Part shown: positions 1 through 10,721 of the stretch, one piece after another
How the letters are laid out: each line of letters begins with the position of its first letter
Numbering within the stretch: position 1 is the first letter of the stretch
Source: a virus
Lineage: Duplodnaviria > Caudoviricetes
Length of the DNA: 41,500 nucleotides
IMG/VR virus record: IMGVR_UViG_3300033067_000221
Coordinates: 1 to 41,500 of that record
Direction: 5' to 3' (one strand)
The notes under the pieces: model-generated
Databases searched by the model: none
Told to the model about the DNA's origin: nothing
Seen by the model: the letters and a program-made list of their open reading frames with translations, nothing else
Made by a program: the position numbers and the translations under genes

Positions 1-159
1 TTAGGAAGTAAATGGAAAGAAACATATAGCGGGCAACGTGTATGGGATACAAGTGGAGAACTGAAACCTAAACATGTTTTCTATAGGATGAATAAAGAAT
101 ATGGCGACTTATCGAGTTTTACAAGGCTCACTTCACGAAAAGATTTTAAACAGTCGTAA
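1..159 (+). CDS. C-terminal part of a Mom/DUF4338(DruA)-like putative DNA-modifying GNAT-fold protein (partial; N-terminus probably at 41405)
   Basis: Not in the ORF track. Frame 1 is open from base 1 to TAA at 157-159: LGSKWKETYSGQRVWDTSGELKPKHVFYRMN... The GxRVWDT...LKPKxVF tail resembles a phage Mom-like family as I recall it. Overlaps the terL start. Confidence 0.55.
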   Translation, partial: LGSKWKETYSGQRVWDTSGELKPKHVFYRMNKEYGDLSSFTRLTSRKDFKQS

Positions 160-1594
160 GAAGATACGCATTATCGGAGGCGGTTTCGGTAACGGAAAGA
201 CTGCCTGTGCCTGTATTCTTGGCCTTCGTCTCGTTAAAGACTATCCCGGTAGTAATGGCTTAATTGCCATGGCAACGTATAAACAACTTACTGACACCAT
301 TCAGAAAGAATTTTTCAAGTGGGCACCTGCCAGTAGTATTGAGAAACATCCTACACTTGCTGATCCAACTGTAAGATTTAAGAATGGATCAAGCGTTTCC
401 TTTCGCTATATCAAGCAGAAAGGTAAAGCCGCAGCAGCAGATGGACAGACTACATCAAACTTGCTTTCTGCAACGTATGATTGGGCTGTAGTAGATCAAC
501 TTGAGAACCCGGAAATCACGCATAAAGATTTCCTCGACCTCGTTGGTCGTATGCGCGGTAGCACACCCTACACAGGAACAGACGAAACAATGCCGAGGAC
601 TGGTCCCCGGTGGATTGTGCTTTGCGTAAACCCATCTTACAATTGGGTATATCACAAGCTGATCAAGCCTTATCACATTTATCGTGATAGCGGAGAAATT
701 ACAAAGGATTTAATCGTAGACGAAAACAATGAACCGTTGATTGACGTGTTCGAGGGTTCTACCTACGAAAATGCTCACAACCTCGAACCAGACTTTATTC
801 AAACAATGGAGTCTGTGTATAAAGGTCAGTTTAAACAACGGTATTTAGGTGGTGAATACGGCGCATTTGAAGGATTAATCTATCCTAACTTCACTCGTGA
901 ACGGCATGTTATTGACCGTGATAGAATAATGAAGTATCTTATAGAACTGAACCATAGAAAACAAAGACCTACAGCACTTGAAGGATTTGACTTCGGTATT
1001 GCTGTGCCGACCTGTTATCTCCTTGGCTTCTATGACTTCGCAGGAAGATTATTCATTCTCGATGGTTTTCATGAAGCTGAAATGGATTTAAACGATATTG
1101 GATTACGAATAGTAAATCTTCAAATGCAGTATCAGGGATTAATTAACTTCGATCATCCCATATATGCTGATCCAGCAATCTTCAAACGATCCATCATTGA
1201 TAAAACGGGTCGCCGAGCAGATACGATTAAATCCATTTTAACGAACTCATTCAACCTCGATATGGTTGGTGGACAAAATCCGATTGCAAGCGGTATTGCG
1301 AAAGTAAATGCATATATCAACGTAGACTCATTCCCTCACTTTGAAGATCAAAGTAGACATGATGGGAATTTATTCTACGTATCATCCCAACTTCCCTTCA
1401 TCGCTGAGGAATTTGCAGGATACTTCTGGAAAACAGAAGCGGGTCAACAACTTGATGTTCCTAATGGGCAGAATGATCATGCCATGGACACGATTAAATA
1501 TATGTTATCCTATCTTCCAAACGCGGAAACGCTTATGTATAATGTTAAACAACAATTCTTTGGAGCTAGTTTATGGGCCAACTTGACCAATTGA
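101..1594 (+). CDS. terL: terminase large subunit
   Basis: Walker A GGFGNGKT, Walker B-like WAVVDQLE, STYENAHNL motif, nuclease motifs GFDFG and NDHAMD; lies just before the portal gene. Confidence 0.95.
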   Translation: MATYRVLQGSLHEKILNSRKKIRIIGGGFGNGKTACACILGLRLVKDYPGSNGLIAMATYKQLTDTIQKEFFKWAPASSIEKHPTLADPTVRFKNGSSVSFRYIKQKGKAAAADGQTTSNLLSATYDWAVVDQLENPEITHKDFLDLVGRMRGSTPYTGTDETMPRTGPRWIVLCVNPSYNWVYHKLIKPYHIYRDSGEITKDLIVDENNEPLIDVFEGSTYENAHNLEPDFIQTMESVYKGQFKQRYLGGEYGAFEGLIYPNFTRERHVIDRDRIMKYLIELNHRKQRPTALEGFDFGIAVPTCYLLGFYDFAGRLFILDGFHEAEMDLNDIGLRIVNLQMQYQGLINFDHPIYADPAIFKRSIIDKTGRRADTIKSILTNSFNLDMVGGQNPIASGIAKVNAYINVDSFPHFEDQSRHDGNLFYVSSQLPFIAEEFAGYFWKTEAGQQLDVPNGQNDHAMDTIKYMLSYLPNAETLMYNVKQQFFGASLWANLTN

Positions 1595-3528
1595 GAAATG
1601 ACGCTGCAATTGAAGCAGGTGTCATCGAAACAGATGAAAGCATTAATACACTTTTAGAAGAAACACGCCTTCTCAGTGAAAATGCCATTCCATCTCCAAC
1701 CAAGATTGGAGAAATCTTTAAACAACGCTACGAGGACAGTTTAAAACTATACGAAGAGTATCACAAAGACTGGAAAACTGCGATTGAGATTTATCATAAC
1801 ACTGGCTCCGTTGAAATCAGTGAAGAAATCCGCGCACCAGAACAGAATTTCGTAAGGACTATCGTCCAAACACTTCTCGACCTTATGTATATGCAGAACC
1901 CTACTGCGGAATTTAGCACGACACTCGATGATCAGAGTGCTCGTGACTTTGCATCTTTAATGAGTAACATCATTACCATTTTCGTTAACAAACGAAATGG
2001 GTTCAATCTTCGTCCCCATGTTCTTCTTCAAATGGCACTTGCACATTTGACGAACTTCGGCATTTTAAAATTAACTTATACCAAGCAGGAAGTATCTCGT
2101 GAACGTGTCCTTGCACTCTATGCCAAAGCTAAGGAACAACTCCAGAAAGAAGATGATCCTGAACAGGCAGCAGTCTGGTATAACCTTATTGATACCTTAT
2201 ACGATCGGCTTGGGCAAACGCAGCCCTTCGGTCTTGGCATCAAGAATGTATGGCCGATGCATTTCTTCGTTGACCCCGAAGCGAAGATGCTTGATCTTAC
2301 AGATGCCCAATGGACGCTTGAGATTGACTTCATTGACACGGCGTTCCTTAAGAGCGAATACATGTTCCTTGATGAAGATAACAAGTGGCGGTATAAATAC
2401 GATAAGAATAAATTCTTTGATGCAAAAGTTTCCGCAGCGGACTCCACCGAAGAGTTACAATCGAAAATCCTTGATAAACTTATGCCGGAAGAGGCACAGG
2501 ATAAAACACGTTTAAGGATTAAAGATAAAACGGCATGTGTGTGGATACAAGACCGAGCAACGCGGCAGACATATTTATACATCCTTGACCGTTGGGATAC
2601 GCCAGTCTGGGTATATGAAGATGAGCTGAAACTGTCGAGATTTTTCCAATACTTCATTCTGTCTTACAGTGCAGGCACTGGCAGCATTGTGAAGAAGAGT
2701 GAAAGCAGCTACTACATTCCATTTCAAAATGAAATCAATGAGGTTGAACGGATGAAGGCACATGTCCGTGAAACTGCATTTAATACTTATGTCTACAACT
2801 CCGATGCAGTAGACCCTGCAGAAGTTACGAAGTTGCTTAAGGAAATCTCAAAGCGCAGTAAAACGCCTCGTGTGATTGGTGTTAAACTTCGTGACCGTGA
2901 ACTTGAACTTGAGAAGATCATTAAACCGTTTTTAATGCCTGCTGCACAGATCGAACCACTGTTCAATATTGACTCTCAAGTTAAAGCAATCGACAATGCA
3001 AGCCGTCTTTCCTCTGCATTTCGCGGCCAAGAGTTTAAAACTAATACAACGAACCAAGCAATTCAACAGTATCAAAGTCAAACGAACTCTCGCCTTGAAC
3101 CTATGACTGATGCCGTTGAAGATGTTGCTGCACAAATCTTTTGGGCTGTGAGTGAAGTCATTGTTTCGCAATATCCGCCAGAAGAAATCTCTAACCTCGT
3201 CGGCATCACTGCTGCGAAGTCATTTAAAAACATGCCTGTTGATTTATACAATCAAACGATTTCAATGACTGTTGAAGCAGGTAGTTCTGAGAAGGAAAAT
3301 TCTAACAACAAGAAACAAGAAGCAACTCAAGTCATTCAAATGCTTGGGCAATTCGGTAAAGCCGCACCACAATCAATTTTAACACTAATCTTTAAAATGG
3401 TGCGCAACGTATTCTCTCGTAAACTTATCAGTGACGCAGACATTGCCTCATTACAACAAGAAACTTCTACAAATCTTCAACAACAACCCCAAACACCGCC
3501 ACAAGGAGCGCCTTTAAATGGCCAATGA
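1573..3528 (+). CDS. portal protein
   Basis: 651 aa, helical, between terL and scaffold/capsid; FFVDPEA and TNTTNQA segments and a Q/P-rich C-terminus typical of podovirus portals. Confidence 0.85.
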   Translation: MGQLDQLRNDAAIEAGVIETDESINTLLEETRLLSENAIPSPTKIGEIFKQRYEDSLKLYEEYHKDWKTAIEIYHNTGSVEISEEIRAPEQNFVRTIVQTLLDLMYMQNPTAEFSTTLDDQSARDFASLMSNIITIFVNKRNGFNLRPHVLLQMALAHLTNFGILKLTYTKQEVSRERVLALYAKAKEQLQKEDDPEQAAVWYNLIDTLYDRLGQTQPFGLGIKNVWPMHFFVDPEAKMLDLTDAQWTLEIDFIDTAFLKSEYMFLDEDNKWRYKYDKNKFFDAKVSAADSTEELQSKILDKLMPEEAQDKTRLRIKDKTACVWIQDRATRQTYLYILDRWDTPVWVYEDELKLSRFFQYFILSYSAGTGSIVKKSESSYYIPFQNEINEVERMKAHVRETAFNTYVYNSDAVDPAEVTKLLKEISKRSKTPRVIGVKLRDRELELEKIIKPFLMPAAQIEPLFNIDSQVKAIDNASRLSSAFRGQEFKTNTTNQAIQQYQSQTNSRLEPMTDAVEDVAAQIFWAVSEVIVSQYPPEEISNLVGITAAKSFKNMPVDLYNQTISMTVEAGSSEKENSNNKKQEATQVIQMLGQFGKAAPQSILTLIFKMVRNVFSRKLISDADIASLQQETSTNLQQQPQTPPQGAPLNGQ

Positions 3529-4639
3529 ATACGACGACGACAGCGCAGACTTCATGAGTGAAGTTTCTTCTGTGATGAACAAAGCGGAGACGAGTAATTC
3601 TCCGATCGACGCAATGTTGACGAATGACGATGACGACGATATTCAAACGAATACGACAACACCTGATCAACAGAAACTTCTCGACTTAGTTGACACACCT
3701 GAGGAAAAGCGTGAACGGAAAACTTTGTCCGTAAAGAAACCCGCGCAGTCCGACGCTTCTTCAAGCACCGAGGAAGAAGAAGAATCGACTGAGCAACAAA
3801 CGGACGACAAGAATAAAACTAAGTTTAATGTTCCATACATTGACCGTTTCCTCAAACAAGACAAGCAAGGCAATCTTGTCCTCTCCGATGGCACCATTGT
3901 TGCGACTAAGGGCAAGGTGCGTGATCACTATGAAGGATTGAAACGAGAAGGCCGTCACTTCCGAGAAGCCGCGGATAAACTTGCGTTGTCTAATGCAGAA
4001 CTTGCCAAGAACCTGCAACAATTAAACACACTTTATAAAGCTGAAAAGGCGAATAGCGGATACGATCGCATTATTAAAGAGACGAGCATGACACGCTCGG
4101 AGCTTGATGATGGCATTCGTATTATGAAGCTTTATAAGCAAGATCCTGTAAATGCAATTAAATCTCTCTTGACACAGGCACGAATTAATGGTATAGATTT
4201 ATCTAGCATTGGAGTAAACGGCGGAATTGATCCAGCCACCCTTGCACAAGCAATTGCGCGTGCTAAGGATTATTCAGAGCCAACACAAGAGGTTGACCCT
4301 GATGAACAACTCCGGCAAGAAATCACACAAGAAGTTGACGACTTTTTCGCTCGTAATGAAGAGGCATTGCCCTTCATCGACACGATTGCGGAAGCGAAAC
4401 AGAAATATCCTGATGCTAGTTTAGACCAAATCTGGTATCAGTTTAAAATCTGGCAACGGCAGCAAGCGGCAGCACAATCGGAGAAAGACTTCAATACTGC
4501 TCCGCCGCGTCAGCCGGTTCCTCCGCAACAGCGTCAGCAACAGCCCGTTAAAAGGGTTTTAAACAACAATGGTAACTTTGGTGCAATGTCGATTGACGAA
4601 ATCGCAAGTGCGCTTAAAAAGGATTTAACAAATGGCTAA
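3518..4639 (+). CDS. capsid scaffolding protein
   Basis: Acidic low-complexity N-terminus, coiled coils and a short C-terminal helix (MSIDEIASAL); directly upstream of the capsid gene. Confidence 0.75.
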   Translation: MANEYDDDSADFMSEVSSVMNKAETSNSPIDAMLTNDDDDDIQTNTTTPDQQKLLDLVDTPEEKRERKTLSVKKPAQSDASSSTEEEEESTEQQTDDKNKTKFNVPYIDRFLKQDKQGNLVLSDGTIVATKGKVRDHYEGLKREGRHFREAADKLALSNAELAKNLQQLNTLYKAEKANSGYDRIIKETSMTRSELDDGIRIMKLYKQDPVNAIKSLLTQARINGIDLSSIGVNGGIDPATLAQAIARAKDYSEPTQEVDPDEQLRQEITQEVDDFFARNEEALPFIDTIAEAKQKYPDASLDQIWYQFKIWQRQQAAAQSEKDFNTAPPRQPVPPQQRQQQPVKRVLNNNGNFGAMSIDEIASALKKDLTNG

Positions 4640-5588
4640 GCCGAATGACATTATCGAAGCAATGGCTACGCGCAGCATGAAGCGTATGCGTATTGCCTTC
4701 GTCTTTGCTGGTGGTGCGCAGAGCTACATGACTGCGAAGGGTCGGATCAAACTTGAAGATGGTGGTCCCACCATTACTAACCCGCTGCTCGTTGGTGGCA
4801 ACCCGAACGTTGGGCCTGCTACCTACTACGACAACGTTCCCGTTGCGCGGTCGAGTGAACTCGATACTGTGTCCTACGATATGACTCGTTCTGTCGGCAC
4901 GCTCGTAATCTCCGACCAAGAAGTTGACGAAAACCAAGGTGACGCGAAGATCGTTGACATTGCTGCTGCTAAACTTAAGGCTCTGGAAATTGCCATTAAG
5001 AAATACCAGCGCAAGAACATGGTGAATACGAACGCGGGCAAGTATCCCCAAGGGTTTGGTAACTTGCTTCCTCTCGTTAACACTGCCGGTTCCATCGGTA
5101 ACATCAACCTTGCAGTTGAACCGCTGTGGCGTCATAACGTCTATCAATTCGCTGGCACTGTTACGTCTGCGAACATTGAAGATGTGTTCGATGACATTCT
5201 TCTCGACATGAATACGGACGATGGCAAGATTACTGTGATCTTCGCCGGTCGTAAAATCTTCTCCATGCATCGTGCTGCTGCCCGTGCAAAGGATCAAAAC
5301 CGTTACCTTGGCAAGGAAGGTTTCTCCACCTCACTCGCTAATTTAGGTTTAACGGGCACGACTCACCAAGGCATTGACATTATCTATGACGAAGAACTTG
5401 ATCCCGACATGGCTTATTTCATCAATGAAAATGAAATGATGGTCCATATTCTTAAATCTGCGAACATGAAGTTGAAAGACCTTACTGCACCCTACGACCA
5501 AGACGTCACGGGTAAACGGTATATTATCGAAAATCAACTCTGCTCGTGGAAACAGAACCGGACTCATGCCGTGTTCATCAACCGTTAA
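4632..5588 (+). CDS. major capsid protein
   Basis: 318 aa after the scaffold gene; strong codon bias; AAGGA RBS; pattern consistent with an HK97-fold capsid protein. Confidence 0.85.
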   Translation: MAKPNDIIEAMATRSMKRMRIAFVFAGGAQSYMTAKGRIKLEDGGPTITNPLLVGGNPNVGPATYYDNVPVARSSELDTVSYDMTRSVGTLVISDQEVDENQGDAKIVDIAAAKLKALEIAIKKYQRKNMVNTNAGKYPQGFGNLLPLVNTAGSIGNINLAVEPLWRHNVYQFAGTVTSANIEDVFDDILLDMNTDDGKITVIFAGRKIFSMHRAAARAKDQNRYLGKEGFSTSLANLGLTGTTHQGIDIIYDEELDPDMAYFINENEMMVHILKSANMKLKDLTAPYDQDVTGKRYIIENQLCSWKQNRTHAVFINR

Positions 5589-5599
5589 GGATTAAAACA

Positions 5600-6034
5600 A
5601 TGTCTATGCGTAGTGACCCTGGCATTGCCGTTCTCGCATTCGTTACTCGGGAACTCATTGGCAAAGTCAGTTCGACGAAAGTAAAATACAACGAAGCCAC
5701 TCGTGAAAACGAAATCATTGCAGACGAAGTTAAAGACCCTGTAATGATTTTCCTTCCTTCGCGGGCAACGATTGTCTTGCCTGCGAAAGAAGCCGAGCGG
5801 CTTGGGTATTTGAATATGCCAGCGATCTTAAACTTTGAAGCAGTGAAAGATGCTGACTCTATCGCTGGCAAGTTTAAATTCGCAATTAATGACGCAGAAC
5901 GTCGTAAGTATTGGAAAATGATGGAAGATAGTGTCATTGCAAATTGCACTGCAAGGTCTGGTTATACCGTTGATCCATCAGTGACTGTTGCAAAACGCAG
6001 TCTCCACCTTGGTGAAAAGGAAGTAGTCGAATGA
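5600..6034 (+). CDS. hypothetical protein (head module)
   Basis: ATG at 5600 with an AAGGA RBS is preferred over the 5546 start given in the track; ATGA coupling to the next gene. Confidence 0.7.
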   Translation: MSMRSDPGIAVLAFVTRELIGKVSSTKVKYNEATRENEIIADEVKDPVMIFLPSRATIVLPAKEAERLGYLNMPAILNFEAVKDADSIAGKFKFAINDAERRKYWKMMEDSVIANCTARSGYTVDPSVTVAKRSLHLGEKEVVE

Positions 6035-6660
6035 AACTGAGCGTTCCTATGGTCTTTGATAAGGACCACATTTATGTGGATGGTCTGACTGGCCATTCTC
6101 AACTTGATGAAACGATGGAAGGGCTGATTGATTACGGTAGCCCTGTCGCAGCGAATACTACTGCGGTTCTCGCTGCGACGGCGATTGTTCCGGGCGGCAC
6201 GATTAAAGTCAACAAGAAGGTTGATGATTATTACGGTCGGACGATCCAAGTCACTAGCACTGGTGCTGGTGTTCTCGTCGTCAATGGGCGGGATTACCTT
6301 AACCAAGCTATGACGCAGACGGTTACGGCAACTGTTGGCACGGTGCAGACTTTAAAAGCATTTAAATTCATCGACACTGTTGTTTCGACTTCCGTTACTG
6401 GTAACGTGTCCCTTGGCGCTGGTGCTAAATTCGGTATGCCGTTTGTCGTGTCTGAAATTCTTAAAGAATACGATGACGGTGCATCCGTAACTGTTCCGAC
6501 GCTGACGGCACTTGACACTGCTACTCCGTCCGGCACAACTGGTGATACTCGTGGCACGGTGACGCCTACTGCTGCGCTTAATGGCATCATCAACGTGCAG
6601 ATGAAAGTGCGCTTTAACCAAGACGCGACGAATGGCCTTTATGGCCGGCCCCAAGCGTAA
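6031..6660 (+). CDS. virion structural protein, probably capsid decoration
   Basis: T/G/V/A-rich beta-type protein with capsid-like codon bias and a TTGDTRGT motif; position after the capsid gene. Confidence 0.6.
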   Translation: MKLSVPMVFDKDHIYVDGLTGHSQLDETMEGLIDYGSPVAANTTAVLAATAIVPGGTIKVNKKVDDYYGRTIQVTSTGAGVLVVNGRDYLNQAMTQTVTATVGTVQTLKAFKFIDTVVSTSVTGNVSLGAGAKFGMPFVVSEILKEYDDGASVTVPTLTALDTATPSGTTGDTRGTVTPTAALNGIINVQMKVRFNQDATNGLYGRPQA

Positions 6661-6675
6661 GGAGAAAACAAGGTC

Positions 6676-7326
6676 ATGTTTAAAACTATCGCAGAGTTAA
6701 TCGACGACGTGCTAGTCGAACTTGGCCTTGTTAATGGCTCTGCGGTTCAGGTTTATACTGAACCGCAGATACGTAAAGGCATTGAGACTGCGTATTCCGT
6801 ATTGTTTTCAAAACGCTTCTGGAAACATTTAACTACGACGACGGTGCATCAACTCGATGGCATCGTCGGTGTTGTTACAGATGCGAACATCGGCATTGCT
6901 GATTTTAAAGACATTCAATGGATTAAATACGAACCATTCTTTGACTCCTGTGTGATCAAGAACCTTGCAGGTGAGCCTTACGACGGTCGTTATGATTACT
7001 GTTACGACAGTATCCCATGGAATAATCCGATTGCAGCAACGAAATTAATTCAGTTTTATCCGAAGGATCTCGGCCTTAAAGTTGCAATTCGTGCAAGATA
7101 TAGGACGAAGTTTACACAGGACACGGATATTGTTCCTCTCGACTTTGTGATGCTTAAACACTTTGTCGCATCGAACATTCTTGCGAATGATGGAACAAAT
7201 CCAAGTGCAGAGCAACGGCAGAATATCCTATTCCAGCAACGCTTTACTGACCTCGCGTCTGACGATGCGAATGACATTCTATATCTATCCCGGCACAGGC
7301 CGAACACATTTACGGTGGCGCCATGA
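6676..7326 (+). CDS. head-tail adaptor (tail tubular protein A-like)
   Basis: N-terminal TIAELIDDVLVELG helix typical of podovirus adaptors; 216 aa; AAGGAG RBS. Confidence 0.7.
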   Translation: MFKTIAELIDDVLVELGLVNGSAVQVYTEPQIRKGIETAYSVLFSKRFWKHLTTTTVHQLDGIVGVVTDANIGIADFKDIQWIKYEPFFDSCVIKNLAGEPYDGRYDYCYDSIPWNNPIAATKLIQFYPKDLGLKVAIRARYRTKFTQDTDIVPLDFVMLKHFVASNILANDGTNPSAEQRQNILFQQRFTDLASDDANDILYLSRHRPNTFTVAP

Positions 7327-8942
7327 ATTTACCATATCCCGCACTTGCAAAGGCACGGCCTAAGTCTGCGAATATAACTGATGCAACACTTCGTGACTTC
7401 TCCGGTGGCCTTCGCATCGTCGATGACGACATTGCACTGCAAAGTAAATTCTCAACTATTCTTGATAACATCCTCGTCAACAATGACGTGAGTCAGATAC
7501 TTCGTTTCGGCACGAAAGAAGTTGCAACGACAGCAGGAACAATTATCGGGCAATATTACTTTGCTGGTGCGCTAATAGCTGTATTGTCATCCGGTGTAAT
7601 TCAGAAGATTACACTTGCCGGCGTAGTCACAACCATTTGGAGTGGTTGGACTGCTGGCGCTACACATGTAGATTACACGGAAAAGGGCGGATACCTGATC
7701 GTCACAAACGGTCAGGATAAACCTGTTTTAATCGACCAAACACACAGTGCAGGATTTTTAAAGGACATTGGCACTGGAAGTAATATTAATACTCCGATCT
7801 GTAAACACTTCACCACCGCTGGTAACTACGTCGTCGGAGCATTCTCAGGAGTAAATCCTGAAATTATTATTTCTGCGAATGGAACCTCTGGAACGTGGCC
7901 CGGTGATCCTGCCCCGAATGATGCAACGAGATTTAATCTCGGTGGTTTCGTCTCCGCAAGTAACGGACAAATTACGGGACTGTCTGCGTTTAAGAATAAA
8001 CTCATTGTATTCTTCTACAACGCAATCGTCATTGTTCAACTTGGCACGTATAATGCCAGCGGCCAACATGTGCCTACCGTTGTAGATACAATCTTCTCCG
8101 TCGGCGGTTTATCGCATAAAGCCGTTACAGTGAATGAGCAAGAAATATTCTTCGTTGCTTCCAGCGGTGTGTATTCTGTAAATAAGAATACATTTGGTGA
8201 GACGTTCCGTAGTGTGGAAAGGTCCACGGCTATTCGGAAAATGTTTATTAAAAACTTACCCGCTGCGTTTACGCTTGAAAATGTAGTCATTTTCTCCGTA
8301 GAGGATCGAACGAATAATAGGATATTTTACTTCGTCAAACGCACTGATGGAAGTAAATTCATGTTATCTCTAACCTATTCTCAAGGAAGTAACGATGATG
8401 CGAATTGGTCTACACTAAGTGGATGGGACTTCGACGGAGCATGTTCAACTGAACAGAAACGAGTGTTCTTCTACAAAGGAAATAAGATTTACCAATATGG
8501 TAATGATATATTTCCGGGCGAGAATTACTATGCGGATTATATTACCGCAGCAAATCCTCAGGGCGTAGACATTCCGTTCACTTGGGAAACGCCGTGGCTT
8601 GATGCGAATACGCGAGTGAAGAAGAAGAAATTACTTTCCATCAGTGGAGACACTGGCGGAACTGCTTCGTTTGACCTATCCATCTTCGTAGACAAATTCT
8701 ATCGTGACGTTAATAACGTTTTAACGCCAGCCCTTTCAATGAGTCTCCGTGCAGGCGATGCTACAGGATACGGTTTCCCTTCCGTCGGATATGGTGGTGG
8801 CCGTAAACTGGCAGATGAAAGGTTTATCAATTTCCCTGTAGAGTTTAAATTGATTAAACTACATATAACCGGCGCGACAAAAGAACCTCTGCGATTTAAT
8901 TCACTTTCCCTCATTTACCAAATTCGAGGATACAGGCGATGA
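7323..8942 (+). CDS. tail nozzle / DNA stabilisation protein (tail tubular B or P22 gp10-like)
   Basis: N-terminal DFSGGL motif, beta-propeller-like composition, 539 aa, follows the adaptor. Confidence 0.75.
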   Translation: MNLPYPALAKARPKSANITDATLRDFSGGLRIVDDDIALQSKFSTILDNILVNNDVSQILRFGTKEVATTAGTIIGQYYFAGALIAVLSSGVIQKITLAGVVTTIWSGWTAGATHVDYTEKGGYLIVTNGQDKPVLIDQTHSAGFLKDIGTGSNINTPICKHFTTAGNYVVGAFSGVNPEIIISANGTSGTWPGDPAPNDATRFNLGGFVSASNGQITGLSAFKNKLIVFFYNAIVIVQLGTYNASGQHVPTVVDTIFSVGGLSHKAVTVNEQEIFFVASSGVYSVNKNTFGETFRSVERSTAIRKMFIKNLPAAFTLENVVIFSVEDRTNNRIFYFVKRTDGSKFMLSLTYSQGSNDDANWSTLSGWDFDGACSTEQKRVFFYKGNKIYQYGNDIFPGENYYADYITAANPQGVDIPFTWETPWLDANTRVKKKKLLSISGDTGGTASFDLSIFVDKFYRDVNNVLTPALSMSLRAGDATGYGFPSVGYGGGRKLADERFINFPVEFKLIKLHITGATKEPLRFNSLSLIYQIRGYRR

Positions 8943-10456
8943 AAACACCCAACCTCGCATTGAATACTCCTGACTTCGATGTATCTCCGTGGCATGACTT
9001 AGTTAATAATAACTTCTTAATGCTTGATGCAATCATTCACACGATGTTCGGCATTACGAATGTGAAAGGTGTGTATGCAAATTCTACAGCAGTCAGTGCT
9101 GGCGAACGTTACGTTGATGCAGTTACAACGGAGATTTATGAAGTCGTTGTTGATTATGTAACGGCACCTGCACCTATGACGTTCAGTGGAGAGCGTGCAG
9201 CAAACCCTACGAAGTGGTTACTTGTCGATGCAAACGCAGCATTAAATGGCCTTGCGCAGATGCTGACTATTCGTAATGATGTATTCACAGCATCAGATGA
9301 AGTAAACACTAATCGTGCAGCAGTCGAAGCAATTATTGCACAACTTCATATGCCAGCAGTTGCAACTATTGGTGGCAGTCCCATCACAATCACGGATTGG
9401 GACAATGCAAAGAATTTTCCGAATACCGTAATCTATGCAGGTGCTGCTGCATCGTTGTTATCTTCTGGCTTTGAATATGGCGTTGTTGGTTCTCCGGGCC
9501 GTGCAGGTCTAGGATTTTATTATTCCATTGATGCAAATAATGGGTATATCATCATCGTCGCAATGGCTAGTGGAAACCGTTGGTATCGGCGATATGAAGG
9601 TGGCACTTGGCAAGCATGGTCTAAAAACCCGAACATGAATGAAATCGTTCGTCGGGACTTTGTGCTTACTGGCAACGCAGAAGCTGCTGTAGATACTGCG
9701 ACGACACAGGGCGGTGATCTTTATAAGATTGCAGCAGGTGCAAGTAATCTTCCATCTTGGGCAAGCATTGGTGATGTGATGCTTGCGACGAATACGGGAG
9801 CGAGTGATGGTGCATTACTTGTTCTCGGGCGCAATGGACGAGTTGCGTCTAAAGGAAAGGCAGCTGGTGTTTGGTCGAATTGGTTCGATCATTCATTGTT
9901 GAATGAAACTGTTCGTAAAGGATTAACACACGGCGGCGATATTAATTCACTTTTAACAGCAGGCACTGCTGGTTATACTGATGTGTATACTCTAACCGCT
10001 GGCTTTACGAATGGGCCAGTCGGTGCAGCAGTTGGTGATAAGATTATCAATGCGTGTATTGATGCTACGAATGGCGCACAAATTGCACTGTTAAAGAATG
10101 GGAAGATGTATTCCCGTGGTCTTAATGCAGGTGTATTCTCCGTTTGGACAGGGCCAACCACACCTGCTGTATTCGAGAGTGCGCAGTTAACATATGCGAA
10201 TGATACTACTGCATCTATTGCGCATGGTCTTGGAGCAATTCCTAAATACGTTGATATTTTCGCTGTGTGCTTAACTGCACAAGGCGGACTTGCTGTCGGC
10301 GATGTTCTACGTGTAACGAATAAATTAGATGTTTGGATGACTTCAACACTAGTCTATTACCAAACTGGTGTGAGTATTGGCAAACTACAATCGGGCGGAA
10401 CGGCCACAGCACTAACACCTGCAAACTTTCGTCTCATTGTCCGTGCAGGACTTTAA
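8939..10456 (+). CDS. tail fibre with three tandem knob-like domains
   Basis: N-terminal TPNLALNTP...W...N.NF..LD attachment motif; three repeats ending GTWQAW, GVWSNW and GVFSVW; C-terminal IAHGLGAIP domain. Confidence 0.75.
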   Translation: MKTPNLALNTPDFDVSPWHDLVNNNFLMLDAIIHTMFGITNVKGVYANSTAVSAGERYVDAVTTEIYEVVVDYVTAPAPMTFSGERAANPTKWLLVDANAALNGLAQMLTIRNDVFTASDEVNTNRAAVEAIIAQLHMPAVATIGGSPITITDWDNAKNFPNTVIYAGAAASLLSSGFEYGVVGSPGRAGLGFYYSIDANNGYIIIVAMASGNRWYRRYEGGTWQAWSKNPNMNEIVRRDFVLTGNAEAAVDTATTQGGDLYKIAAGASNLPSWASIGDVMLATNTGASDGALLVLGRNGRVASKGKAAGVWSNWFDHSLLNETVRKGLTHGGDINSLLTAGTAGYTDVYTLTAGFTNGPVGAAVGDKIINACIDATNGAQIALLKNGKMYSRGLNAGVFSVWTGPTTPAVFESAQLTYANDTTASIAHGLGAIPKYVDIFAVCLTAQGGLAVGDVLRVTNKLDVWMTSTLVYYQTGVSIGKLQSGGTATALTPANFRLIVRAGL

Positions 10457-10468
10457 AAGGATTTAATC

Positions 10469-10711
10469 ATGGCTACTGCTTCTATTGTAACACTCAATCC
10501 GACGTTCTGGACTCAACTCGCTGTTGGTCCTGCCGCAGTGACAATCAATCCGACTGACACAGTGAATTATATTATTCACAATGCAGCAACGCAGCCAACG
10601 GTGACGACTGGCTTAATCGCTATGCGAGCGAAAGATAAGTCTATGTCACTAGTATCTGGTGATTACTTATTCGCTAAGGGAATTGGCTCCATTATCGTCG
10701 ATGTGACGTAA
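10469..10711 (+). CDS. small tail-associated hypothetical protein
   Basis: 80 aa beta-rich ORF with an AAGGA RBS in the tail module. Confidence 0.7.
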   Translation: MATASIVTLNPTFWTQLAVGPAAVTINPTDTVNYIIHNAATQPTVTTGLIAMRAKDKSMSLVSGDYLFAKGIGSIIVDVT

Positions 10712-10721
10712 GGAGAATAAA

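Noticed and set aside
1-159. Direct end-to-start join giving a complete 84-aa protein
   Set aside because: The two ends happen to be in frame, but the window length is a round number and the central part expected for the family is missing, so truncation is more likely.
4614-5297. 227-aa antisense ORF in the capsid gene
   Set aside because: Typical antisense mirror of a codon-biased gene; no independent signals.
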